DNA of 64,000 nucleotides from Dehalococcoidia bacterium (GCA_965219085.1 OZ244720.1:2688001-2752000), one strand, 5' to 3'; positions 29,770-40,072 are shown, counted from the first letter of the stretch. Notes: generated by a model not told the origin, from the sequence alone. Translations and numbers: made by a program.

Positions 29770-30275
29770 CAGGGCTCCTCCCGTGGCGGCAGCGCGCGCA
29801 GCGCCGCGATCTGCGTGGCGTGGTCGCGGTCGTGGTTGGTGAGGTGTTCGAGCATCCCGAGGACCGAGAGTGCGCGACCGGGTGACGGATGCGGCGAGGT
29901 GAGATCGATGGCATCGGCGAGCCCGCCGAACAACTCGAGCGTGGCGGCGCGGTGCTCATCGAGGCTGTCGAGGAGGTGCTGCAGGCGGTTGCGCTCGGCG
30001 GGCCGGCGCGCGCCGCGGAAGCGGGTGACGGCCTCGCCGCGCATGGCAGCCTCGGCCCACTCGCGCCAGCAGCGCTCGCTGTCGGCGACGTGCCACAGCA
30101 CCTCGCGGATCGACCAGCGAGCGTCGTGCTCCTCGTCCGGCTCGGGCGGGCGGCGCGAGAAGGCCGCCTGATCGAGGCCGTCCAGCGCGTCGAGCAGCGC
30201 GCGGCGTGCCTCGTCGAAGGCGACGAGGCGCTCGGTCAGCGCGGTGGTGTGGGAGCTGGTTTGGGTGTCTGGCAC
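29769..30275 (-). CDS. DinB-family protein
   Basis: WSIREVLWHVADSE, HLTNHDRDHATQI; GTG start 6 nt after TATCCT. Confidence 0.82.
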   Translation of the reverse strand: MPDTQTSSHTTALTERLVAFDEARRALLDALDGLDQAAFSRRPPEPDEEHDARWSIREVLWHVADSERCWREWAEAAMRGEAVTRFRGARRPAERNRLQHLLDSLDEHRAATLELFGGLADAIDLTSPHPSPGRALSVLGMLEHLTNHDRDHATQIAALRALPPREEP

Positions 30276-30803
30276 GAGAGCAGGATAGCGCGGGTCGGCT
30301 GTCGCGGGGCGTGCGGACACGACCCGATCGCAGCCGCCAATCTACGGCTCTGCTCCTGCCTCGCCGTGGATGCTCTCCCAGCAGAGCGTGGAGTCCCACA
30401 CCTCCAGATCGACGCGCGCCTGCCACTCCTCGTACGTCTCGTCCGACTCCCAGTACCAGTTCGGCTCGTGGCACTCCTGACTGACGCGCCAGTCTTTGTA
30501 GCGCTCGTCACACTCCACCATCCCGAAGATGGCCGCGACGACGAGGGCGAGAAGGGTGAATCCCTTGACGGACTCCCAGCGCCTACTACCGTGCCAGCGG
30601 TGGTTCAAGTACCGCATCGGGTGCGGGATGAAGGTTCGGTGTTCGGCGTACCGGCCGCAGCGATCGCAGTGCGTTGCGGGTCCGGTTTCGACAGGTCTGG
30701 GCCAGCCCCTTGGTCACCCTGGCGAGCAGGACGGGGCGACGAGCCGCTCGCTGAGCGCGGCGGGCGTCGAGGTCGTGTGGGCGTCCGGCACGCTAGCAGG
30801 ATA
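30219..30803. repeat. diverged 69-bp direct repeat pair (30219-30287 and 30735-30803)
   Basis: 53/69 identical by manual ungapped alignment; both copies encode TATCCT, GTG and the first 19 codons of the DinB-family gene. Confidence 0.85.
30342..30617 (-). CDS. hypothetical single-TM protein
   Basis: 91 aa, one TM then an acidic Trp/Cys-rich tail; lies between the direct repeats. Confidence 0.55.
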   Translation of the reverse strand: MRYLNHRWHGSRRWESVKGFTLLALVVAAIFGMVECDERYKDWRVSQECHEPNWYWESDETYEEWQARVDLEVWDSTLCWESIHGEAGAEP

Positions 30804-30924
30804 CAGCCGAAGGCGCGTTGGGAGCGCTCGCTGAGCTCGCTACGCGGTCGTGCAGCACCAGGCTGAGCCGCCGATTGTCCCCCGCTCGCCGGGCGGCCTA
30901 CGCTCGGAGCCGCGAGGTGTAACG

Positions 30925-31857
30925 ATGCGGATCACCGTGCTGGCCGGGGGCGTGGGAGCCGCGAGGTTCCTCGAAGGGCTGTGCCGCGCCGTCGATCCGG
31001 CGGACGTGACCGCGATCTGCAACGTCGGCGACGACTTCGAGTGGCACGGCCTGCACGTCTCGCCCGACATCGACACGGTCATCTACACGCTCGCCGGCCT
31101 CGAGGGCGAGTTCGGCTGGGGCGTGCGCGGCGACACCGTGGCCGCGCTCGGCGAACTCGCCGAACTGGGCGAGGAGCCGTGGTTCCGGATCGGCGACCGA
31201 GACCTCGCCACGCACGTGTGGCGCACCGAGCGCCTGGGCGCGGGAAGCTCGCTGAGCGAGGTCACGGCGGAGCTCGCGCGGCGGCGAGGGCTCGAACTGT
31301 CGCTGCTCCCGGTGACGGACGACCCGCACCCGACCGTCGTGGTCACGCCCGACGGGCCGCTCGACTTCCAGGACTACTTCGTGCGTGGGCGCGCGTCGGC
31401 GGAGGTGGTCGGGATCGAGTTCCCCGAGGCGGCGTCGGCGTCCCCGGCGCCCGGCGTCCTCGACGCCGTCGCCGCGCCCGACGTGCTCATCGTCGCGCCG
31501 AGCAACCCGTTCGTGTCGATCGAGCCGATCCTCGTCGTCCTGGGCGTCAGCGAGGCGCTCCGCGACACCTCGGCGCCGGTGGTGGCGGTGAGCCCAATCG
31601 TGGGCGGCGCGGCGGTAAAGGGCCCGGCTGCCGCCATGATGCGCACGCTCGGCCACGAGGTCTCCGCGCTCGGCGTGGCGCGCCTGTACGCGGGGCTTGT
31701 CGACGTGTTCGTGCTCGACGAAGTCGACCGCGCGCTCGCCCCGGCGGTCGAGGAGCTCGGTATGCGGGCGGTCGTGACCGACACGATGATGACGAGCCCG
31801 GAACGGCGGCTCGATCTCGCCTCGACGGTGCTCGACGCGGCAGGGGGGGCGCGCTGA
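30925..31857 (+). CDS. cofD: 2-phospho-L-lactate transferase (F420 biosynthesis)
   Basis: LAGGVGAARF, NVGDD, SPDIDTV, GDRDLATH, FQDYFV, PSNPFVSI, KGPA. Confidence 0.95.
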   Translation: MRITVLAGGVGAARFLEGLCRAVDPADVTAICNVGDDFEWHGLHVSPDIDTVIYTLAGLEGEFGWGVRGDTVAALGELAELGEEPWFRIGDRDLATHVWRTERLGAGSSLSEVTAELARRRGLELSLLPVTDDPHPTVVVTPDGPLDFQDYFVRGRASAEVVGIEFPEAASASPAPGVLDAVAAPDVLIVAPSNPFVSIEPILVVLGVSEALRDTSAPVVAVSPIVGGAAVKGPAAAMMRTLGHEVSALGVARLYAGLVDVFVLDEVDRALAPAVEELGMRAVVTDTMMTSPERRLDLASTVLDAAGGAR

Positions 31858-32510
31858 TGGCGGGCACCCAGGCGCCCGCCCCGTGCGTGATCGTGCCCGT
31901 GCAGGCGCTGGCCAGCGCCAAGTCACGGCTCGCCGAGGTGCTGCCCGACGACGACCGAGCCGAGCTCGTGCTCGCGATGGTGGGCGACGTGCTGGATGCC
32001 GTGCGCGCCGCCCACGACGGCCCGCTGCTCCTCGTGACCCCCGACGAGCGGTACGAGCCCGCCGCGGCGGTGGCGCGCGCCACGCTGCTCATCGACGCGG
32101 GGACGGGCTACAACGAGGCTGTACGGCTCGCGCTCGCCTCGCCCGAGGTGGAGGCGGCGGGCGCCGCCGCCGTCGTCCCCGCGGACCACGCCCGCGCGCG
32201 GGCCGGCGAGCTACGCACAGCCCTCGCCGCGGTCGCAACACATGAGGTGGTTGTGGTGCCGTCGCTCGACGGCGGGACCGGGCTGCTCGGACTGCGGCCG
32301 CCGGACGCCATCGAACCGGCGTACGGGCCGGGCTCGGCTGCGGCGCACGAGCGCGCGGCGCGCGCGGCGGGCCGCTCGCTCGCCGTGCTGCGGCTCGCCT
32401 CGCTGGAGCGGGACATCGACACCGCCGGGGACCTCGCGGCGGCGGAGCCGCCACTCGGCCGGCGCACGGCGGCGTTTGTCGCCGCGCGGCGTGCGCTGCT
32501 CGCCGGGTAG
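31857..32510 (+). CDS. cofC: 2-phospho-L-lactate/PEP guanylyltransferase
   Basis: IVPV...AKSRLA, DGGTG, YGPGSAAAH, DIDTAGDL; ATG overlaps the cofD stop. Confidence 0.85.
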   Translation: MAGTQAPAPCVIVPVQALASAKSRLAEVLPDDDRAELVLAMVGDVLDAVRAAHDGPLLLVTPDERYEPAAAVARATLLIDAGTGYNEAVRLALASPEVEAAGAAAVVPADHARARAGELRTALAAVATHEVVVVPSLDGGTGLLGLRPPDAIEPAYGPGSAAAHERAARAAGRSLAVLRLASLERDIDTAGDLAAAEPPLGRRTAAFVAARRALLAG

Positions 32511-32598
32511 CCCCGCGCAGGCCTCGGGGCCATCTCGGGCCGCGCCGGTGCTACGCTGGCGCGCGGCGAGCTGGTGACGCGAGGCGGGAGGTCGTGCG

Positions 32599-33486
32599 AT
32601 GTCCGAGGTGCGCAAGGTCGGGGTGCTGGGGTGCGGGCTCATGGGCGGCGGTATCGCCCAGGTCTGCGCGACCGCCGGTTTCGAGACGGTCGTCCGCGAG
32701 GCCGACCAGGATCCGCTCGATCGCGGCATGGCGGGCATCAGCCGCTCGCTCGACGGCGCCGTGCGCCGCGAGCGCATCACGGCCGAGGACCGCGAGGCGA
32801 TCGGCGCGCGGCTGCACCCCACGACGAACATCGAGGACCTCGCCGACTGCGACATCGTGATCGAGGCGGTGACTGAGGACCTCGCGCTCAAGCAGCAGGT
32901 GTGGGCCGAGGTGGACGGCGCCGTGCAGCCCGGCGCGATCTTCGCGTCGAACACATCGAGTCTCACGATCGCGGCGATGGCGAGTTCGACGGGGCGCGCC
33001 GAACGCTTCGTCGGACTGCACTTCTTCAACCCCGCCCCTGCCATGCGGCTGGTGGAAGTCGTGCGCACCGTGACGACCTCGGACGAGGCGTTCGAGGCGA
33101 CCATGGACTTCGCGCGAGCGCTCGGCAAGGAGCCGGTCGCGGCGAAGGATCACTCCGGCTTCATCGTGAACCTGCTGCTCATCCCCTACCTCCTCGACGC
33201 CATCCGCGCAGTCGAGCGGGGCGTGGCGAGCGTCGAGGACATCGACGTCGGGATGCGGCTGGGCGCGGCGCACCCGATGGGGCCGCTCACGCTGGCCGAT
33301 TTCATCGGCCTCGACACGCTCAACAGCATCGCCGAGAACCTGCACGCCGAGCATCACGAGCCGCGCTACGGTGCGCCGCCTCTGCTGAAGCGTATGGTTC
33401 TCGCGGGCATGTACGGACGGAAGTCAGGCCAGGGGTTCTACGACTACTCGGCGGACCCGCCGGAGGTGGCTCGACTCGGGATCTAA
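32599..33486 (+). CDS. 3-hydroxybutyryl-CoA dehydrogenase
   Basis: GCGLMGGGIA, IEAVTE, SNTSS, GLHFFNP, HPMGPL, GRKSGQGFY. Confidence 0.92.
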   Translation: MSEVRKVGVLGCGLMGGGIAQVCATAGFETVVREADQDPLDRGMAGISRSLDGAVRRERITAEDREAIGARLHPTTNIEDLADCDIVIEAVTEDLALKQQVWAEVDGAVQPGAIFASNTSSLTIAAMASSTGRAERFVGLHFFNPAPAMRLVEVVRTVTTSDEAFEATMDFARALGKEPVAAKDHSGFIVNLLLIPYLLDAIRAVERGVASVEDIDVGMRLGAAHPMGPLTLADFIGLDTLNSIAENLHAEHHEPRYGAPPLLKRMVLAGMYGRKSGQGFYDYSADPPEVARLGI

Positions 33487-33511
33487 CCCCGCCCTGAGCT
33501 ATCCTTAATGC

Positions 33512-34690
33512 ATGACGATCGATAGCTCGATATTCGACACCGACCGCGCCATCCTCACACGCCTGCTCGGCCATCCCAGCGAGGCCGACGACACGTTCGT
33601 GCGCTGGGTCAACGCCGAACTCATCGACGGGAGCGGCGGCGCTGCAACCGCGGCCGCCTACGACACGCTCCACCACGAAGAGGTCCTCTACCACCACGAC
33701 GCCGCCTCCGGACTGCGCGCGATCATCGCGATCCACTCGACGGCCCTCGGGCCCTCGCTTGGCGGCACGCGCTGGTACCCCTACGCCGACGCAGAGGCGG
33801 CTCTGCGCGACGTACTGCGCCTCTCCATGGCGATGACCGCGAAGTCCGCCGTCTGCGGCCTCGACCTCGGCGGGGGCAAGGCTGCGGTCATCGGCAACCC
33901 CGCCGACCGCACGCCCGAGCAGCTCGCGGCCTACGCGCGCGTTATCGATCGTTTCGAGGGCCGCTACATCACCACCACCGACGTCGGCACCACGACCGCC
34001 GACCTCGACGCGCTCTCCGAGCTGACGCGCTACGTCACGGGCGCGTCGCGGGAGCGCGGCGGGAGCGGCGACACCTCGGCGCTGACCGCGGAGACCGTGA
34101 TGCTCGGGATGCGCGCGGCGCTGCGCGTCGCGTTCGGGGACGAGTCGCTTGAGGGGCGACGGATCGTCGTCGTGGGCGTCGGCAAGGTCGGCGGGCGGGT
34201 CGCGCGCGCGTGCGCGGCCGGCGGCGCGAGCGTCGCCGTGGCCGACGTGTGGCGCGACGGCGCCGAGCGGCTCGCGGCCGAGATCGGCGCCGACGTGCTC
34301 GACGTCGAGGGCGTCTACGCCGAGCCGTGCGACGTGCTCTCGCCGAACGCCCTCGGCGGCGTGCTCAACGAGGAGTCGATCCCAGCGCTGCGCTGCCGCG
34401 TCGTCTGCGGCGCCGCGAACAACCAGCTGCTGCGCGACCCCGAGGACGCCGCACTGCTCGCCGAACACGGCATCCTCTACGCGCCCGACTACGTCGTGAG
34501 CGCGGGCGGGGTGATCAACGTCGCGGTCGAACTCGACGGCTACAGCGAGGAGCGCGCGCGCACCATCGCCGCCAGCGTGTACCCGACGACGCTCGAGATC
34601 CTCGAGATGTCGCAGCGGCTGGGCATCTCGACGGCGGAGGCGGCATTGCGCCGCGTCGAGGACCGGATCGCGGCGGCGCGGGTGGCGTGA
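33512..34690 (+). CDS. Glu/Leu/Phe/Val dehydrogenase (leucine/valine DH-like)
   Basis: IAIHSTALGPSLGGTR, GGGKA, GVGKVG, GAANNQL, YAPDY. Confidence 0.9.
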   Translation: MTIDSSIFDTDRAILTRLLGHPSEADDTFVRWVNAELIDGSGGAATAAAYDTLHHEEVLYHHDAASGLRAIIAIHSTALGPSLGGTRWYPYADAEAALRDVLRLSMAMTAKSAVCGLDLGGGKAAVIGNPADRTPEQLAAYARVIDRFEGRYITTTDVGTTTADLDALSELTRYVTGASRERGGSGDTSALTAETVMLGMRAALRVAFGDESLEGRRIVVVGVGKVGGRVARACAAGGASVAVADVWRDGAERLAAEIGADVLDVEGVYAEPCDVLSPNALGGVLNEESIPALRCRVVCGAANNQLLRDPEDAALLAEHGILYAPDYVVSAGGVINVAVELDGYSEERARTIAASVYPTTLEILEMSQRLGISTAEAALRRVEDRIAAARVA

Positions 34691-35430
34691 CCTCCCCGAT
34701 CTACGACCGCATCGGCCGCGGTTACTCCACGACGCGCCGGCCCGACCCTCGCATCGCCCGACGCATCCTCGACGCCCTCGGCGGCGCGGAGCGCGTGCTC
34801 AACGTCGGCGCCGGCGCGGGCTCGTACGAGCCCGAGGCAGCGCGAGTCGTCGCGGTGGAGCCATCGAGCGAGATGGTCGCGCAGCGCGCGTCCCCCGCGC
34901 CAGTGGTGTGCGCGACCGCCGAGGCGCTCCCGTTCGCGCCGCGATCGTTCGACGCGGCGATGGCGGTGCTGACGATCCACCACTGGGACGACTGGCGCGC
35001 GGGCGTCGCGGAGATGCAGCGCGTTACGACCTCGCGGGTCGTGATCCTGACGTGGGATCCCGACCCGGGGGCGAGCTTCTGGCTGCTCGAGTACTTCCCG
35101 GGCATCCTCGAACTCGACCGCCGCCGCTTCCCGCCCCTCGACGCGCTGCGCGCGGAGACCGGCGGACGGTCGTGGGTGCTGCCCGTGCCGCACGACTGCA
35201 GAGACGGCTTCCTCGGCGCGTGGTGGCGCGAGCCCGGCGCGTACCTCGACGCCGACGTGCGGGCCGCGATGTCGGGCTTCGTGCTGCTCCCCGACGACGA
35301 GGTCGAGCGCGGCGTGGCGCGCCTCGACGCGGACATCCGCAGCGGTGCGTGGGAGCGGCGGTTCGGCGCGCTGCGGGCGCGCGAGGCGCTGGACCTCGGC
35401 TACCGCGTGGTGGTGGCCGAGGTGACGTAA
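34687..35430 (+). CDS. class I SAM-dependent methyltransferase
   Basis: VLNVGAGAGSYEP, AEALPF, TIHHW, DCRDGF; GTG overlaps the upstream stop. Confidence 0.85.
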   Translation: MTSPIYDRIGRGYSTTRRPDPRIARRILDALGGAERVLNVGAGAGSYEPEAARVVAVEPSSEMVAQRASPAPVVCATAEALPFAPRSFDAAMAVLTIHHWDDWRAGVAEMQRVTTSRVVILTWDPDPGASFWLLEYFPGILELDRRRFPPLDALRAETGGRSWVLPVPHDCRDGFLGAWWREPGAYLDADVRAAMSGFVLLPDDEVERGVARLDADIRSGAWERRFGALRAREALDLGYRVVVAEVT

Positions 35431-35450
35431 GGGCGTCGGGCTGCGGTTGT

Positions 35451-35525
35451 TGGTAGCAGGGGCCGGATTCGAACCGGCGACCGACGGCTTATGAGTCCGC
35501 TGCTCTGCCTCTGAGCTACCCTGCC
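35451..35525 (-). tRNA. tRNA-Met(CAT), elongator-like (Ile2 not excluded)
   Basis: GGCAGGGTAGCTCAG...ACTCATAAG...GGTTCGAATCCGGCCCCTGCTACCA. Confidence 0.9.
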
Positions 35526-35606
35526 ACCTGCTATTTCAAACGAGCGCGTGCGCGCTGTCCACTCCCCCGGCGGCATTGCCCTTCCACTACGTTGTATGAT
35601 TTCCGC

Positions 35607-36449
35607 ATGGATCGTTCAGCGCTGTTGATTGATGCGGGCTATTTGCTCCTCGGAGCCGGAGGCGTGGTGCTCGGCGCCGACCGCCGCGAGGACATCGACT
35701 GCGACTATGCCGCGGTGCATGACGCCCTCAGCGACTACATCGAGGACCATTCCGGACTCCCCAAGCTGCGCACTTACTGGTACGACGGCGCTCCCGGCCC
35801 GCACGGCGAGCCGACCTCCGACCATCGGCGCATCGGCGCGCTGCCCAGGCTGAAGCTGCGCCTCGGTCGCGTGATCCAGGGACAGCAGAAGGGCGTCGAC
35901 ACCCTCATCACCCTCGACTTGCTCACGTTGGCGCGGGAACGGGCCATCGCCACGGCCTACCTGCTGACCGGCGACGAGGACCTCCGCGAGGCGGTCCTCG
36001 CCGCACAGTCGCTCGGCATCCAGGTCGTGCTGCTCGGCACGCCTCCGATCGAGGGCAGCCGCCAGTCGTTCGCGCTCATCGACGAGTGCGACGAGCACAT
36101 CGTGCTGGAGGACGAGTTCTGGGAGCCGTACTTCAGCCCGGTGCAGCACATGCCTCGCCCGTACGTCCCGCCCTCGGAGGACGACGAGGAATGGGACGCT
36201 CCCGAGGAGGAGCGCGCGCGCCGCTTCGGCACGCGCTACTGCGAGCTGTGGCTGAGCGAGGCGTACCCGGACCAGGTGGACCAGGTAACCGAGCGGCTGC
36301 CCGGCATCCCCGTCGAGGTCGACGCGCCGATGTTGCGCGCAGCCGAGGTGGAGTTCGGTCCGCTGCGCGAGCGCGAAGACCTGCGCCGCGCCGTGCGACA
36401 GGGGTTCTCGGCGTACTTCGTGTCCGCGGTGTTGCCGGACACCGAGTAG
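35607..36449 (+). CDS. NYN-domain (LabA/DUF88) protein
   Basis: LIDAGYL, RTYWYDG, QQKGVD, LTGDEDL, LIDECD. Confidence 0.9.
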   Translation: MDRSALLIDAGYLLLGAGGVVLGADRREDIDCDYAAVHDALSDYIEDHSGLPKLRTYWYDGAPGPHGEPTSDHRRIGALPRLKLRLGRVIQGQQKGVDTLITLDLLTLARERAIATAYLLTGDEDLREAVLAAQSLGIQVVLLGTPPIEGSRQSFALIDECDEHIVLEDEFWEPYFSPVQHMPRPYVPPSEDDEEWDAPEEERARRFGTRYCELWLSEAYPDQVDQVTERLPGIPVEVDAPMLRAAEVEFGPLREREDLRRAVRQGFSAYFVSAVLPDTE

Positions 36450-36456
36450 ACCCGCG

Positions 36457-36951
36457 TCAGGCCGTCGCGCCGCCGAGCCGGGCCTCCAGCGCCATCGCGC
36501 AGCGCGCCCCCGTCCTCAGCAACACGTCTACCAGCACCCGCCGGAGCCGCTGCTCACCCCACGGCGTCGCATGCTGCTCGTCGAGCCTCGGCTCGAGCGT
36601 GCGCGCGAGCGAGGCGACGAGGCGTCGATCCTGCTCGACCCGGCCAAGCAGCGCCGGCACCGAGGGCGCGGCGTACATCACCGCGGCGACGAGCTCGGGG
36701 CGCCGGTCGACGCGAGGCGCCGCCGCCTCTCCGCCGGCAACGATCGCTGCGAGGGTGAGTCCGGCCAGTTCGAGCGTTGCGGCGAGGGACGCGACCTCGC
36801 GGCGTGGGGTGAGCCCGTTCGCATCCGGCGTATCGGCGCGCAACTCGCCAATCGCGCGCAGCGCGGCCGCGATGCGTCGATGCAACTCGCCCGCCGCCTC
36901 CTCGATCTCGGCGAGGGTGAGGGCGTCGAGGGCCGGATCGTTCGCGGGCAT
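36457..36951 (-). CDS. hypothetical protein
   Basis: 164-aa ORF with host-like codon use filling the gap. Confidence 0.6.
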   Translation of the reverse strand: MPANDPALDALTLAEIEEAAGELHRRIAAALRAIGELRADTPDANGLTPRREVASLAATLELAGLTLAAIVAGGEAAAPRVDRRPELVAAVMYAAPSVPALLGRVEQDRRLVASLARTLEPRLDEQHATPWGEQRLRRVLVDVLLRTGARCAMALEARLGGATA

Positions 36952-36989
36952 GGCTTCCTGTAGGCTGGCGAGGCGTCCCGGAGGCCGCC

Positions 36990-37199
36990 GTGGGGCTGTG
37001 GCGTCATCTTCTCGTCTTTGGCGCGCTCGTCGTCAACCTCTGGGTCGGCGGCGACATCGTCGAGGCGATGGCGGGTGGCGCGGCGCGGACGGCGTTCGAG
37101 CTGGTGTTGATCACCGGCTACCTGTGGTTCGTGATCGGGCTCGGCAGGCTGCTGCGCGGGGAGCCCGACGAGACGCGGCCCGAAGACCGGCCGCGTTGA
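36990..37199 (+). CDS. small membrane protein (2 TM)
   Basis: GGAGG RBS, two hydrophobic segments. Confidence 0.6.
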   Translation: MGLWRHLLVFGALVVNLWVGGDIVEAMAGGAARTAFELVLITGYLWFVIGLGRLLRGEPDETRPEDRPR

Positions 37200-37261
37200 C
37201 CCCTCGATCCCACAGTGCCTAGCATCGAGGTGCTGCCGCGAGGTGCTCGCGGCAGGCGTGG

Positions 37262-37338
37262 GGGCGATTAGCTCAGGTGGCTAGAGCGTCCGGTTTACAC
37301 CCGGGAGGCCGAAGGTTCGAGTCCTTCATCGCCCACCA
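37262..37338 (+). tRNA. tRNA-Val(TAC)
   Basis: GGGCGATTAGCTCAG...CGGTTTACACCCGG...GGTTCGAGTCCTTCATCGCCCACCA. Confidence 0.95.
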
Positions 37339-37502
37339 TTTCCGGCCGTGGCGTACCGTACTGCGAACTGGTTCGACGGCTGCACTCCCACAATGCTGGC
37401 CGGGGCGGATGCTGTGGGGCGCTCGCTCACCCGAGGCTCTGGAGGCGAGCAGCGCAGTCCCTCCTGGCGGGCCGCCAACGAGGCTTCACGGCCCGGTGAT
37501 GC

Positions 37503-37756
37503 CTACTCGATCGTGACGATGTTGGTGAATGCGGAGCAGCCAGCCTTGTTGCACGCCCTGACCTTCCACTGGTCAGCGTGTACTCCCCGAAGAAGGCTCT
37601 GTTGGGGGCAATATCGAAGGACTCGGCTTCCAGCGGAGCGTTTATCGCTACCAACAGCTCACGAATCGCCAGCGAGCTGATTCGGGCGTGGACCGATGGG
37701 GCGAGCGCGAGCTTCGGTTCGAGTGCCTCCAGGCAATCCCGCAAGGCGTTCGTCAT
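37503..37756 (-). pseudogene. gene remnant with FN3-like C-terminal strand
   Basis: ORF ...APNRAFFGEY continues in another frame as DQWKVRACNKAGCSAFTNIVTIE-stop (TAG at 37503-37505). Confidence 0.35.
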
Positions 37757-37939
37757 CTCGCGTCCGCGGTGAAGATGCCCCGGAAGCGCCGAGACGAGTA
37801 GCGACTCCTGCTGTACGGGTAGCCCCCGTTGTGCGAGCGCCCCGATCAGGTCTGCTACGACGGCGAGAGCGGACTCTTGAGAGCACTCCGGGCCTTCAAG
37901 AGTCGAACGGAGGGCCCGACTTCCTTTCGTCCGCTTAGC

Positions 37940-39640
37940 TTAGAACAACGCTTCGAGGTTCTCCCGGAGGTTCCGCCACCACCCCCGGTCCGACCCGAAA
38001 TTCGGTACGAAATCGACCGCATATGTGCCGTCCTCCTCCACCCTGAGCCATCCGGCCAGGGTCACCACGCGGCCCGCGGGGATTGCTTCGAAGAAGTCCG
38101 CAGGTACGTGGACGCTCACCCGTTGCACATACTCGCCCCGGTCCATCTCAAGCAGTAGCTCGTCGATGTCCTGGAACACGAGCGTGCCGCGGACCCTCAC
38201 GCACTCATCCCGGAACAGGTCGCTGGCCACCGCAATCTGCGCGGGCGACGGAATCCCGGGAGATTCCAGGGGACACGGCTTGGCGCGCGGCGAGACCACG
38301 TCGAGGCTGAACAGGACGACCAGGACCAGCACCCCTATGCCCACCGTGCCTATCACCCATGTGAAGCACCCGCGGAGGCACCCGCCGCCTTTCGCCTTCT
38401 CAGCCGGCCCCTCCCACCACTGCGTCTGATACTCCGTCGACAGCGCCCCCGCCGGGGCTGCCGGAGGACTGCTCTGCGCCTCCAACTCAGGCGCAATCTC
38501 TCCAGTTTCGTCGGCGGCCCCGCGGTGCGCAGCCTCCTCGGTATCCGGCGACTCAAATTCGAGCAGTTCGAGCTCTGATTCATAACCTAGCTCCGCAGCC
38601 GCGTTCGCCGCGTCGCCCGACCGCCCGGTCAAGCCCCACTGCAGCGCGTGCATGAAGCCGGAATAGGCCACGCCCAGGTCGGCGTCCTGTAGGGAGGATG
38701 CCCTGTCGGATCCGAACCACGGTGGAGCCGAGACCGCAACGCCGAGCCACGGCTGGGCCACATTCAGGGCGACGGCGTAGGCCAGCATGGAATCTGATTG
38801 GTCCTGAGCGCCCGTCCGTTCAGATCCGGCCAGGGTCTCTTTCAAACCAAGCCACTGACTTATCTCGAGTGCCCCCGCCGGCGTTGGCGTCAGCATGCCC
38901 GTTGGTACCGGTGCCGCCATCAGCAGATATACGAAGCCCGCGAGCGCGCCGATTAGTGCGTTCGCCCACCACTGGGCCAGCCAGAGAGCCGTCCAGAGCC
39001 CGCTGCCAACGCCCATCAAGGCCCCGGCCAACATGGCCCATTCGATCCCGTCCCCGGGATTCTCCCTCCTTACTCGTACCGGGTTGTCATGGAACAGGCC
39101 ACGCTGCTGCAGGTACTCTCCCAACTGGTCACCGATGGCGTCTTGGCGCTTGCTTATCGCTTCATGCAGCGCATCGATCGTTGTGAAGCGCGACGGCAGG
39201 CTGTCGCATATCGTTCGCTCCCAGTCATGCTGTGTGGGACCCTGCCGGGACAGCCGGTACAGGAAGCCGACCCGCGTTCCCGCGGCCTCGATTCGCAACG
39301 TGCCGCGCTGGCACATCTCGATGATGGAGGCCAGCATCGTTGGGGCCCATATCATGTGGCCTTCCAGCGCAGATACCGCCGCGGCGGGCATTGAACCGGG
39401 CTGCGGGGTCCCCGAGTACCCTGGGCGCTGGCGCCGGTGCTTGGGCCACAGCCACAGCACGACAATAAGCAGTTGCGCTGCGACTACGCCTATCGTTCGG
39501 AAGCCCCATGCCGTCAGCTGCTGCCAGTCCATCGCCCGATAGTCGGGAAAGCCGCTTTCGGCGATGACCCCGCCCGGGTCCACCGCGAACAGTAACCCGA
39601 TGATGGCGAGGGCTGCGACCGCTACCACCACACTTACCAT
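37940..39640 (-). CDS. membrane protein, DUF2207 C-terminal-like, with possible OB-fold tail
   Basis: PAAAVSAL, LASIIEMCQRGTLRI, TPAGALEISQWLGLK, LAYAVAL motifs; several TMs. Confidence 0.65.
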   Translation of the reverse strand: MVSVVVAVAALAIIGLLFAVDPGGVIAESGFPDYRAMDWQQLTAWGFRTIGVVAAQLLIVVLWLWPKHRRQRPGYSGTPQPGSMPAAAVSALEGHMIWAPTMLASIIEMCQRGTLRIEAAGTRVGFLYRLSRQGPTQHDWERTICDSLPSRFTTIDALHEAISKRQDAIGDQLGEYLQQRGLFHDNPVRVRRENPGDGIEWAMLAGALMGVGSGLWTALWLAQWWANALIGALAGFVYLLMAAPVPTGMLTPTPAGALEISQWLGLKETLAGSERTGAQDQSDSMLAYAVALNVAQPWLGVAVSAPPWFGSDRASSLQDADLGVAYSGFMHALQWGLTGRSGDAANAAAELGYESELELLEFESPDTEEAAHRGAADETGEIAPELEAQSSPPAAPAGALSTEYQTQWWEGPAEKAKGGGCLRGCFTWVIGTVGIGVLVLVVLFSLDVVSPRAKPCPLESPGIPSPAQIAVASDLFRDECVRVRGTLVFQDIDELLLEMDRGEYVQRVSVHVPADFFEAIPAGRVVTLAGWLRVEEDGTYAVDFVPNFGSDRGWWRNLRENLEALF

Positions 39641-40072
39641 GGCTAACCTTGCTTCTCGGGTCGTACTGCCTTACTTGACCCCGCCGGACATCCGTCCTTC
39701 ATACTGCTCTCAGAGAGGAGCTGTCGCCATGCGATACCCGCGCCCAGCCGTGTCGGAGGCGATCCCCTGGAGGCAGAGGATAGCGGCGTAGGCGTCCGGG
39801 ACGGCAACTACGGCCTCCCTGGCCAGCTTCCCCTTCCAGACGACGGGCCGGGCTATGGCGGTGTAGCCGCTGCCCTGGGTTGGCGGACCCCTCCCCCAAT
39901 AGGACCTCCCAGCGGAACGTTCGCAGTACAGTACGTGTAGGCGCACCACTCAAGCTCACGGCGGCGGACACGGGGAGAACAGCAATCGCTCCGAGGTCGG
40001 CCAGGAGCGCCGGTTCCCCGGACCGGTGCGCCGGTATCGGCATCGTTCGCGGGCATGGTGTGGATGGTGGTC

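Noticed and set aside
37233-37255. Perfect 10-bp hairpin just before tRNA-Val as a separate element
   Set aside because: Single short GC-rich stem, most simply part of the tRNA leader.
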